Source of the DNA: a virus
Length of the DNA stretch: 64,000 nt
IMG/VR virus record: IMGVR_UViG_3300012953_000001
Span: 96,001 to 160,000 of that record
Direction: 5' to 3' (one strand)
Position 1 is the first letter of the stretch, and every line of letters starts with the position of its first letter. Position numbers and translations under genes: made by a program. Of the stretch, positions 38,605 to 46,194 are shown one piece after another. The notes under the pieces are model-generated. The model saw nothing but the letters and a program-made list of their open reading frames with translations. It had not been told where the DNA came from and did no database searches.

Positions 38605-38799
38605 ATGAGCCACCGACTCTGTTGGCAGGGCGGGTGTTCTCGCGCCAAGTCCTGTCAGCAGGGGCAGGATGGTGAAGGAACTACTTGCGAAATCCATAGT
38701 GCGTGGAGATCTGGCTTTATCGCTGGACTGATCGTTGGTGGTGCCCTTATCCTTGGCATCACTATTGGATTTGTGCTTGCGTGGGTATTGCATCCGTAA
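38605..38799 (+). CDS. Small membrane protein
   Basis: C-terminal GFIAGLIVGGALILGITIGFVLAWVL. Confidence 0.5.
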   Translation: MSHRLCWQGGCSRAKSCQQGQDGEGTTCEIHSAWRSGFIAGLIVGGALILGITIGFVLAWVLHP

Positions 38800-38807
38800 T
38801 TAAAGTG

Positions 38808-38837
38808 TGCAAAATATACACGCGTTTATGGGATAAG
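38808..38837 (+). promoter_or_regulatory. Repeated phage promoter, copy 3 (Y-RNA/rsr unit)
   Basis: TGCAAAA-N15-GGGATAAG, 11 nt before the first stem-loop unit. Confidence 0.7.
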
Positions 38838-38848
38838 ATTATTGGAAG

Positions 38849-38918
38849 CTCTTAGTTAGATGCCGACTAGGATTACATCGAACATTAGTATCTTGGTTAA
38901 CACCTTGCTAATTAAGAG
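38849..38918 (+). ncRNA. Y-RNA-like unit 1 (70 nt, minimal)
   Basis: Outer stem CTCTTAGTTAG/CTAATTAAGAG; ATGCC...CTTG motif; inner stem GACTAGGAT/ATCTTGGTT followed by TACAT. Confidence 0.65.
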
Positions 38919-38954
38919 TTTCTTTTTGAGCACGACTCGTCGTGTTCTTTCCAC

Positions 38955-39107
38955 GTTCCGAATGCGTTTGAGGAGTACATCAAAGCAAGTAAAGACGGTA
39001 GTAACGCGACTCCTCTGGAGCGTACAAGCTACCTGACTTTTCAAACCAGAGGCTGAACCTTATGGCTAGGTCTCTATTTTAACTCTTCAAGCAAACCTTG
39101 TCGGAAC
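38955..39107 (+). ncRNA. Y-RNA-like unit 2 (153 nt, with structured insert)
   Basis: GTTCCGA-ATGC...CTTG-TCGGAAC; inner stem GTTTGAGGAGT/ACTCTTCAAGC; insert contains CCTCTGG/CCAGAGG stem. Confidence 0.7.
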
Positions 39108-39117
39108 ATCTTTTATC

Positions 39118-39183
39118 GCTGCTGAATGCCGTACTGGATTACATAAGCAAAAAACGAATCTAGTACACCCCCTTGTCAGCAGC
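39118..39183 (+). ncRNA. Y-RNA-like unit 3 (66 nt, minimal)
   Basis: GCTGCTGA-ATGCC...CTTG-TCAGCAGC; inner stem GTACTGGATT/AATCTAGTAC followed by ACAT. Confidence 0.7.
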
Positions 39184-39226
39184 ATCCTTAGAGCCTGAAC
39201 TATTGTCACAATCAAAGGAGTTTCTC

Positions 39227-40819
39227 ATGAACCCAGCAATCTTCAACACTCACACCGTCGTCAACCGCAGCGCAGAAGCCCCGGCAACTAACACTACCAA
39301 TGAGGCTGGTGGTGCTGCGTACGAGCTTGAGCCCAAGGCTCAGCTTGCACAGTACGTTTGTACTGGAACCCTCAACCAAACTTTCTACGCCCATGCTGGA
39401 ACACAGCTGGAGAAAGTCATCGAGCTTTGCGAGAAGGTCGAGCCTGAGTTCATTGCTCAGTGCGCGGTCTACGCTCGCACCAAGGGCCACATGAAGGACA
39501 TGCCTGCTTTGCTGCTAGGTATCTTGTCCATCAGGGATACGGCTCTGTTCGCACAGATCTTTCCTCGTATCATTACGAATGGAAAGATGCTGCGGAACTT
39601 TGCTCAGGTGATCCGCTCCGGTTCTGTTGGTCGTAAGAGCTTCGGCTCTCGCGCCAAGAAGTGCATCCAGGAATGGCTTCGGTCAAGAACCCCAGAGCAG
39701 CTTCTTGTAGCTACTATTGGGAACAACCCGACGCTTGGTGACATCATCAAGATGGTCCACCCTAAGCCGGTGGACGAAGTGCAAAAGGCGATGTTCGCTT
39801 GGATCATTGGTAGGGACTTCAACATCGAAGTTCTCCCCCAAGGAATCCAAGAGTACATCTCCGGTACTCGGGTGACCGAACAGATGCTTCAGAACCTTCC
39901 TCACAGACTGCTTACAAAGTACGATCTGACGACGGAAGACTGGCGCGTCATTGCACTAAATAGTGGGTGGACTGCTAAGCGAATGAATCTCAACTCGTTC
40001 GCGAAGCACGGCGTATTCTCCTCAGAGATTGGAGACTGGACTGCTAAGGAATTGGCTTCCAGTATCCGAGATCCGAACGAGATTCGTCGGTCCAGATGCT
40101 TCCCCTACCAGTTGCTGACTACCTTTCAGAACGTGAACGATGATGTACCCACTGTCATCCGAAGCGCTCTTCAGGACGCCATGGAGGTGGCTATCGAGAA
40201 TGTGCCAACCATTACTGGTAATATGGCGGTTCTCGTAGACACCTCTGGTTCTATGGGTAGTCCCGTAACTGGGTACCGAGCAGGGTCAACTACTTCGACG
40301 AGTTGCGTCGATGTGGCGGCACTGATTGCTTCGGCGTTCCTTCGTAAGAATGAAGACGGCTGCACAGTCGTCCCATTCGATACTAGGGTCCACCAAGCAC
40401 GCCTCAATCCTCGCGATTCTGTGATGTCAAATGCACAGACTCTCGCGAACTTTGGTGGCGGCGGTACTGATGTATCTTGCGCCCTTCGGCACCTCAACCA
40501 TGAGGGACATGAAGGTAAGTTGGTAGTCATCATTTCGGACAACGAGAGTTGGATGAATGATGATCAGTACCGCTACTACAATAGCAGTACTTCTACAGCG
40601 CAGGAGTGGGAGCATTACAAAGAGCGCAACCCTGGGGCTCGCCTCGTTTGTGTTGACATCGCACCGTACGGAAGCACTCAAGTGCCCACGGATAAGGATG
40701 TCCTCAACGTTGGTGGCTTCTCGGACTCTGTGTTTGACGTGATTGCGTCATTCGCAGGGGAGCGACCTCAATCAGATCATTGGGTATCAATGATTGAGGC
40801 TCAAGCTCAAGCCAATTAG
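39227..40819 (+). CDS. rsr: Ro60/Rsr TROVE-domain RNA-binding protein with vWA domain
   Basis: aaggag RBS then ATG 39227; NEAGGAAYEL, AVYARTKGHMKDMPALL, NGKMLRNFAQVIRSG, RMNLNSFAKHG, FPYQLL, MIDAS VLVDTSGSM, IISDNESW. Confidence 0.92.
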   Translation: MNPAIFNTHTVVNRSAEAPATNTTNEAGGAAYELEPKAQLAQYVCTGTLNQTFYAHAGTQLEKVIELCEKVEPEFIAQCAVYARTKGHMKDMPALLLGILSIRDTALFAQIFPRIITNGKMLRNFAQVIRSGSVGRKSFGSRAKKCIQEWLRSRTPEQLLVATIGNNPTLGDIIKMVHPKPVDEVQKAMFAWIIGRDFNIEVLPQGIQEYISGTRVTEQMLQNLPHRLLTKYDLTTEDWRVIALNSGWTAKRMNLNSFAKHGVFSSEIGDWTAKELASSIRDPNEIRRSRCFPYQLLTTFQNVNDDVPTVIRSALQDAMEVAIENVPTITGNMAVLVDTSGSMGSPVTGYRAGSTTSTSCVDVAALIASAFLRKNEDGCTVVPFDTRVHQARLNPRDSVMSNAQTLANFGGGGTDVSCALRHLNHEGHEGKLVVIISDNESWMNDDQYRYYNSSTSTAQEWEHYKERNPGARLVCVDIAPYGSTQVPTDKDVLNVGGFSDSVFDVIASFAGERPQSDHWVSMIEAQAQAN

Positions 40820-40991
40820 GCTTTTCCCAGGTTGCGCTCCCGTAAGGGGGGAGAGGGGTAGATTAGGCATCGGGCCTAACCCTCTCCTCCCATGCGGTTT
40901 CTTTTTAGTACTCCGGGTAGTCCGCTGAGCGGACTGCCTAAACCCCCATTATTCTTACCTAGAGGAGGAAGCTATCGACAATAAATGGACG

Positions 40992-41393
40992 ATGACTATT
41001 ACTGATGTCATCGATAATGAGCATAAATGCGTAATAGAAATAGAACTCGATGAAGACTTTGAAAAAGGTTTCATGGAGGTCAACCAGATCAAAAAGTGGA
41101 GTAACCCCAAATTCAAAGACTTCTTCAAAAAGGTCCTCTGGCGAACACTTATGTCGCTGGAAAAAGGTGGTTACGACACAATCTATGACAAGTACACGGG
41201 AAGGCCCGTAGGGAGCCTAAAGGACGTTGCGGTAGGCGATATCATTTCCTTTTGGAAGGAAAGCGGCGGTGAGCACACAAGAGTGATTGCAGATGTGCGC
41301 CGTGGGATATTTGTTACCGAGCCCCTCTGGGAAACAGATAAGTCCCTACGAGTTAAGCATGAAAATGTTACCCGAGTAGTGCGTAAACTATAG
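40992..41393 (+). CDS. Hypothetical protein
   Basis: 133-aa ORF. Confidence 0.55.
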   Translation: MTITDVIDNEHKCVIEIELDEDFEKGFMEVNQIKKWSNPKFKDFFKKVLWRTLMSLEKGGYDTIYDKYTGRPVGSLKDVAVGDIISFWKESGGEHTRVIADVRRGIFVTEPLWETDKSLRVKHENVTRVVRKL

Positions 41394-41417
41394 CAGTATC
41401 GAGTGGTGCCACGCGGC

Positions 41418-41768
41418 TCAAAAAAGTCCGTGGTGCCACTCTTTCCACATGATAAGCATGCCAAACAGATGCCAACATAGTACTAGACTGTAGATGGCTA
41501 CCAGCCCAGAAATAGTCCACCTATACCTGTCTGCTATTTTTTTATCTATGAACAATAGGCAGGCCGAAACAATGGCCACCTTAGCTATCAGGAACAGATG
41601 AGGGCCTACACCATAGATGTAAGCCATGATTGGGTTCATCTCCTCAACGCCAGCGCGGAGGAAATACAAGGTGATAACTCCATCTAAAAGGTTTAACGCA
41701 TGTAGTATTGGTATCTTTAAATCAATACTAAAAAGATTAACCCAGACTCGGGATTTATTATCAAACAT
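41418..41768 (-). CDS. Membrane protein (DUF5658-like)
   Basis: LNLLDGVITLYFLRAGVEEMNPIM plus further TM helices. Confidence 0.6.
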   Translation of the reverse strand: MFDNKSRVWVNLFSIDLKIPILHALNLLDGVITLYFLRAGVEEMNPIMAYIYGVGPHLFLIAKVAIVSACLLFIDKKIADRYRWTISGLVAIYSLVLCWHLFGMLIMWKEWHHGLF

Positions 41769-41769
41769 A

Positions 41770-42075
41770 TCAGGTCACCAATTTTAAGTCTGCTTTTCCA
41801 TCTCTCCTAAGAGGAACCATCCCGTCGCTTAAAGCGCTCCTGTGGACCTCAATTTGTTCAATGCCATAGGGGTTTTCTTCGCCGTGATCTACCGCCACGC
41901 GCACATCTGGAAAGACACGCAAAATCGTGCCAGTAGCTCCCGCTAAAATACGTAGGCTTACGAGATTCCCGAATTGGCCATCCCCCACCTGTACCTCCTT
42001 AACGAAGCGAACTCTGGTGCCTTTCTCAAACAAGTTTTGGGGCTCCTCCCCTTTTTTCCATATCTTTTCCGACAT
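41770..42075 (-). CDS. Hypothetical protein (SH3-like barrel possible)
   Basis: FEKGTRVRFV...GATGTILRV. Confidence 0.5.
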   Translation of the reverse strand: MSEKIWKKGEEPQNLFEKGTRVRFVKEVQVGDGQFGNLVSLRILAGATGTILRVFPDVRVAVDHGEENPYGIEQIEVHRSALSDGMVPLRRDGKADLKLVT

Positions 42076-42265
42076 TAAGTGCTCTTTCTATTAAGAGCCC
42101 CCTTCATGCCTAAATATTACATGTGTAATAACGGTGTGAGGAATGCGCTAATATTTTATAAAAAAGGTGTTCTACGAAAAGCGGGAACCAGCGTGCATCT
42201 AGGCCATAATTTTTGGAATAAGAGCACTGCGGAAAAAAATAACCGCTAATATAAGGAGGAACATT

Positions 42266-42454
42266 ATGGCCAGCGTTGATTGGACAAAACTGTCCGTTGC
42301 TGAACTTCTTGACCCTAAGGGCCATGGGTATACGATGTGTACCCACTGCACAGGGTATGGAAGCAGTTTGAAGGAATCTTCTTCTCGGTGTACCAAGTGC
42401 AAAGGTACAGGGTTAATTACCCAAGAAAAACGGAGAAAGAAGAATGGTAGATAA
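42266..42454 (+). CDS. DnaJ-type zinc finger small protein
   Basis: CTHCTGYG ... CTKCKGTG; aaggagga RBS. Confidence 0.65.
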   Translation: MASVDWTKLSVAELLDPKGHGYTMCTHCTGYGSSLKESSSRCTKCKGTGLITQEKRRKKNGR

Positions 42455-42983
42455 AGTAGCGGTATTCTCTACATCAGAGATATTCAGACATTGGTACCCC
42501 CGATTAGGACTACCGATTGTCGCTGAGATCGAAACCGCCGATGGTAGAACATCTAAGTTTGCATCCACTGGCTCATTAGAAAAAGCTTTGGAGGACGACT
42601 ACACCATCTATGTAGTGTCAACCAGAAGCACTCTATCTGAGCACGATGAGTGGTGGTTAGAGCTTGTAGACCGAGAAAACGTGTACCTTGCCGACGCTAA
42701 ATTTGAAGGTGTCGAACTTGGTGCCTGGGGCTACGAGGACGAGAACGTGGAAAAAGCAAATAGTGCTTGGATGAGGCTATACACCAAACTTGGTTTTGAC
42801 TGGCCTAAAGATGGCCTTGATGGGTTTCTTGACGACTGCCCAGTGGCCCATTGGACTACTGCGCGGTCGGAGTTAAAGCTTAGGCATAGCATACGCTTGG
42901 GCAGAGACTTTGAGGTCCCGTCCCCTAGACAACTAGAACTAAAACTACAAATGGATAACGGAGAAGATCATGAGCAACAATAA
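42444..42983 (+). CDS. Hypothetical protein
   Basis: 179-aa ORF coupled to its neighbours. Confidence 0.65.
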   Translation: MVDKVAVFSTSEIFRHWYPRLGLPIVAEIETADGRTSKFASTGSLEKALEDDYTIYVVSTRSTLSEHDEWWLELVDRENVYLADAKFEGVELGAWGYEDENVEKANSAWMRLYTKLGFDWPKDGLDGFLDDCPVAHWTTARSELKLRHSIRLGRDFEVPSPRQLELKLQMDNGEDHEQQ

Positions 42984-43161
42984 AATTGGAATCGGCGGAG
43001 ACATCGACTACCTAAAAGACTTGGTTGAAAGATATGGTGGTGAAGCAGAGGTAAAAACTGTTTGGGAGGGAGAGAAGAAGCGCCTGTCAGCGGTTATTCC
43101 CCCGCTAGATATGCAGGTAAACGTACGTAGGAATCCAAACAAAACTTTGGATGATAAATAA
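42970..43161 (+). CDS. Hypothetical protein
   Basis: ggag RBS, 63 aa. Confidence 0.55.
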   Translation: MSNNKIGIGGDIDYLKDLVERYGGEAEVKTVWEGEKKRLSAVIPPLDMQVNVRRNPNKTLDDK

Positions 43162-43227
43162 TGGCTAGGAAGGTCTACCTCCTAGGCAGTGGGTCTAATA
43201 AACTACTAATAACAGGAGGTGGTCTGT

Positions 43228-43668
43228 ATGCAGGAAGAGACAAAAAGCACGCTTTCAGACATCGAGAACTTTACTATGGCAACGGTAGCCCCATTCTTAG
43301 CGGCCTCTTTTGAAGGCCCTCTACAGTATGGATACAAAGAGTTTGATAGCCCGGATAGAAACACCACTTACCTGATGTTCTGCCACAAAGACCGTGTTCT
43401 GTTTTACGGTATCGACACCCCAAAGAAGCAGTTTGTTTTCCCAATGTTATCCAAAGAGGCTGACTGGGACGTACTCCATGAGTTATTCTCGCCATGCTTG
43501 TTTGTTAAGAAAGGTATCTTCTCAGATACAGAGCTTGAGAACCTTTGCTACGCAACAAGTGATGACGAGATTGATGAGTTGGAGTCCATTGAACCTGCTG
43601 ATGGTGAGGCGGAGAACGACTTCTTTTTGCGTAACGCAATGTGGCTTCTAAACCCGGTAATTCACTAG
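43228..43668 (+). CDS. Acidic hypothetical protein
   Basis: aggagg RBS; ATG 43228. Confidence 0.6.
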   Translation: MQEETKSTLSDIENFTMATVAPFLAASFEGPLQYGYKEFDSPDRNTTYLMFCHKDRVLFYGIDTPKKQFVFPMLSKEADWDVLHELFSPCLFVKKGIFSDTELENLCYATSDDEIDELESIEPADGEAENDFFLRNAMWLLNPVIH

Positions 43669-43722
43669 TTCCCCCTTCCCAACATTCGGGCTAGAAGCCT
43701 TTATTAGGGCGGCTCTGTTTTG

Positions 43723-43752
43723 TGCAGAGTCGCCCTTCTTTTATGGCATAAG
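43723..43752 (+). promoter_or_regulatory. Repeated phage promoter, copy 4
   Basis: TGCAGAG-N15-GGCATAAG. Confidence 0.65.
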
Positions 43753-43774
43753 ACACTTGAAGGAGGATACTGCT

Positions 43775-44038
43775 ATGAATAAACCTATTAAATTCTCCAC
43801 CTTCAAGATGATTGTGGACCTTAATGCGCTGCTATTATTTTCGGTGATACCTACTGTCGTCCTGCTACCTTTCTTTGGCTTTTCGTCAGGGACAACTTAT
43901 GGAGTGGCGCTTGGTGGAGTCTTCTTACTCACGCTAATGAGTGATGAAGACTTCCGTATTGGGTATCAAGAAGGCGTTGAAGAGGAATACGAAGCCTATC
44001 TTGAGGAGGAGCAAGAAGCTCAGCCTAGTTCTGAATAG
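43775..44038 (+). CDS. Two-TM membrane protein with acidic tail
   Basis: aaggagg RBS; hydrophobic helices then EEEYEAYLEEEQE. Confidence 0.6.
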   Translation: MNKPIKFSTFKMIVDLNALLLFSVIPTVVLLPFFGFSSGTTYGVALGGVFLLTLMSDEDFRIGYQEGVEEEYEAYLEEEQEAQPSSE

Positions 44039-44060
44039 AAATGCTTACCTTCGCGGTAAG

Positions 44061-44135
44061 AAGTGGCGTCCCTTACAGGGGCGCTACTTTTTTACCTAAA
44101 AGAAAAGCGGGGCAACCAATAAAGGCTACCCCGCT
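44061..44135. terminator. Back-to-back intrinsic terminators for convergent units
   Basis: aagtggcgtccc/ggggcgctactt plus T-run (plus strand); agcgggg/ccccgct preceded by an A-run (minus strand). Confidence 0.7.
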
Positions 44136-44159
44136 AATCTTGGTTAGTGTGTGGGTTAC

Positions 44160-44228
44160 TTAGCTACAGCAGCATGACTCACTGCAACAAGGTTTCTCAC
44201 ACGCACATTTACAACAATCCTTATCCAT
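44160..44228 (-). CDS. Unannotated 22-aa Cys-rich metallothionein-like peptide
   Basis: aaggagggatt-ATG; MDKDCCKCACEKPCCSESCCCS*; followed by a terminator. Confidence 0.65.
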   Translation of the reverse strand: MDKDCCKCACEKPCCSESCCCS

Positions 44229-44244
44229 AATCCCTCCTTAGTTA

Positions 44245-45912
44245 CTATCCAACAATGACCCAGCCTCTACCGGCACCAACGTAAACAAGCATCACAGAAG
44301 CCATTTTGAAATCGAGGGTAAGGTGTGGCTTACCTTCAACATGGAATCCCTGTGGATCTACGATTCGAACCTTGGCGTTCTCGGCAAGCCCGGTAGCCTT
44401 AACAGTGATTGCCATACCAATCAGGTCATGACACCCGTTAGGATCCCCAAACATTCCACCTTCTTCGGCCTCACCGATAGTGGGCGTTGGGGGTGGTGTA
44501 ACACTTTCGCCGCCACCCTCAGACAAGTGGCCTTCATACTCCGCCATCGCTGCTTTGTACTTATCCATTTCCGAATTGCTGAAGCTGAAACGTCCGAACT
44601 CATACATTGGGTGCCCCTCTGCGGGCAGAGTCAACGTAAAGGTTTCATCCTTACCAAGCTCATTAATGAGGAAGTTAGTACAAAAGCAGTCAGGACCCTC
44701 AAAGCTAATGTAGTGCCCACTCTCTTCACCTGTGGTTTCTAAGATCTTCCAAGCATACAGCTGCTTACGCAGATGCTCATGGAGAAGACCTAACTCCATC
44801 CTCGCTGAAGAAACTTCCGACGAAGCGTACTGTCGAAGATTCGAACTCATCTGTGGAAGAACTGAGTCGTAAAGATTGTCCCCAAACTCATTCTGCGCTT
44901 CGACGATCCCATCAATAGAGGCGGTGAAGGAGTCCTCCATTAGCTGATCAGCATTCTTATACCCCGCTTCGATATCAGCAACCGCACTATCGTTTTGGTT
45001 CTTGTAGCTGTTGAAATCAGACAGGTGCTGCTGAGCATCTTTACGATGCGAGTCTACCGTATCCCCAAGCGCACGAATCGCGCCCTCGTTGGCAACGATA
45101 GCCTCGCTCAGATCTTTATTGAAGTTCTCAATAATCGCCTGAAGACGACTCTCAGTGCTAGATAGCTCATCGGTAATCCTCTTACCAAGTAGCTCGTCCG
45201 CCGCAAGGCGAGCGTTTCTTTCACCAGCAACAGCAGCTACACGAAGATTCCTCTCAGCGACAACAGCCTCTGAAGCTTCTGCTCGATCCGCTGCTCTCTC
45301 AGCGTCATAAGTCTCTTTCTGGACAACTGCGGCCCCAAGAAACTTAGCGACAGGAACAAACACACCTTGATCGTTTTTGATCTCGATCTGGTCTAGCTCG
45401 TCATTGTAGACACAAGTGCCCTCGCCACCATCTTCGAACTCCCAAGAAGGAGTGCCCATCTCGTCAAGTCCAGTGATCCAGGCAATCTGGCCTTCTCTAT
45501 TGTAAAGAGGGTCGCCCTCTTCGACAGCAGGGTCTGTCTTGACGATGAAGCGAGCACCTTCTTGAAGATCCTCTGGTGCAAGGTCAGCAGACTTACCTAC
45601 CTGCCTTTTAACAGCATCTCGCCAAGTAACCTGTAGGCTGGCAAGCTGTGCTCTAAGGCCAGCAGCCTCCTTCTCCAAGTTCTCAGCGAGAGTCTCGAAT
45701 GCAGCTTCTGCGGCCTCTCTGACAGCGTCGTCGCCTGACTCAATAGCGGCCTGAAGCTCAGCTTTCTGATTCTCAAGATCAGATAGGATGCTCGCAACTG
45801 AGTTAGCATACTTACTATCTATTGCACCAAGCTCTGTCTGGTTGACCAACTGACCAACCTGACGTGCTGCGTGTTCAATAAGCTCCCACGCGGGTCTAAT
45901 ATTATGTGACAT
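44245..45912 (-). CDS. Coiled-coil protein with C-terminal virion/tail-fibre-type domain
   Basis: Long acidic heptads; C-terminal TFTLTLPAEG...VRIVDPQG...LTLDFKMASVMLVYVGAGRGWVI resembles termini of phage fibre proteins. Confidence 0.5.
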   Translation of the reverse strand: MSHNIRPAWELIEHAARQVGQLVNQTELGAIDSKYANSVASILSDLENQKAELQAAIESGDDAVREAAEAAFETLAENLEKEAAGLRAQLASLQVTWRDAVKRQVGKSADLAPEDLQEGARFIVKTDPAVEEGDPLYNREGQIAWITGLDEMGTPSWEFEDGGEGTCVYNDELDQIEIKNDQGVFVPVAKFLGAAVVQKETYDAERAADRAEASEAVVAERNLRVAAVAGERNARLAADELLGKRITDELSSTESRLQAIIENFNKDLSEAIVANEGAIRALGDTVDSHRKDAQQHLSDFNSYKNQNDSAVADIEAGYKNADQLMEDSFTASIDGIVEAQNEFGDNLYDSVLPQMSSNLRQYASSEVSSARMELGLLHEHLRKQLYAWKILETTGEESGHYISFEGPDCFCTNFLINELGKDETFTLTLPAEGHPMYEFGRFSFSNSEMDKYKAAMAEYEGHLSEGGGESVTPPPTPTIGEAEEGGMFGDPNGCHDLIGMAITVKATGLAENAKVRIVDPQGFHVEGKPHLTLDFKMASVMLVYVGAGRGWVIVG

Positions 45913-46117
45913 GATTCGCCCTCCTTTGTTTATAGCTCTACATCACTATAGTCAGCCAGCTCCCAAAAAACTCATTGAATTCAGAAGACTGGACTGGCCT
46001 ATGTACAGATAATAGTCACCTCGTAACACGAGTAGAATGGGTTTATGAAATTTATTTTTACGGCTACCCATTCAGGTCGCTAACAGCATATCTCAAAATA
46101 ATACGGTGCCGAAGTCC

Positions 46118-46147
46118 TGCAAACTAAACTAAATTTTTAGGCATAAG
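46118..46147 (+). promoter_or_regulatory. Repeated phage promoter, copy 5
   Basis: TGCAAAC-N15-GGCATAAG. Confidence 0.7.
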
Positions 46148-46194
46148 AGTATTGGTAAGAAGTGTCGCCAACTAATATTTTTAAGGAGTTGATT

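Noticed and set aside
38234-38608. 124-aa plus-strand ORF
   Set aside because: The 5' two-thirds overlaps the Cys-rich gene in another frame; the 3' part may code but no credible start was found, so it was not called
38955-39107. Unit 2 as a tRNA or canonical tRNA-mimic YrlA
   Set aside because: TTCAAAC is present but its flanks do not pair as a T-arm; no D-arm or acceptor CCA pattern was found by eye
38849-39183. The three units as a CRISPR mini-array
   Set aside because: The units share only short motifs and structure, not identical direct repeats; lengths differ; no cas genes
42110-42346. Minus-strand 78-aa ORF and the near-palindrome TATTACATGTGTAATA
   Set aside because: The ORF overlaps the promoter and start of 42266 and has no RBS; a single imperfect palindrome is not enough to call an operator
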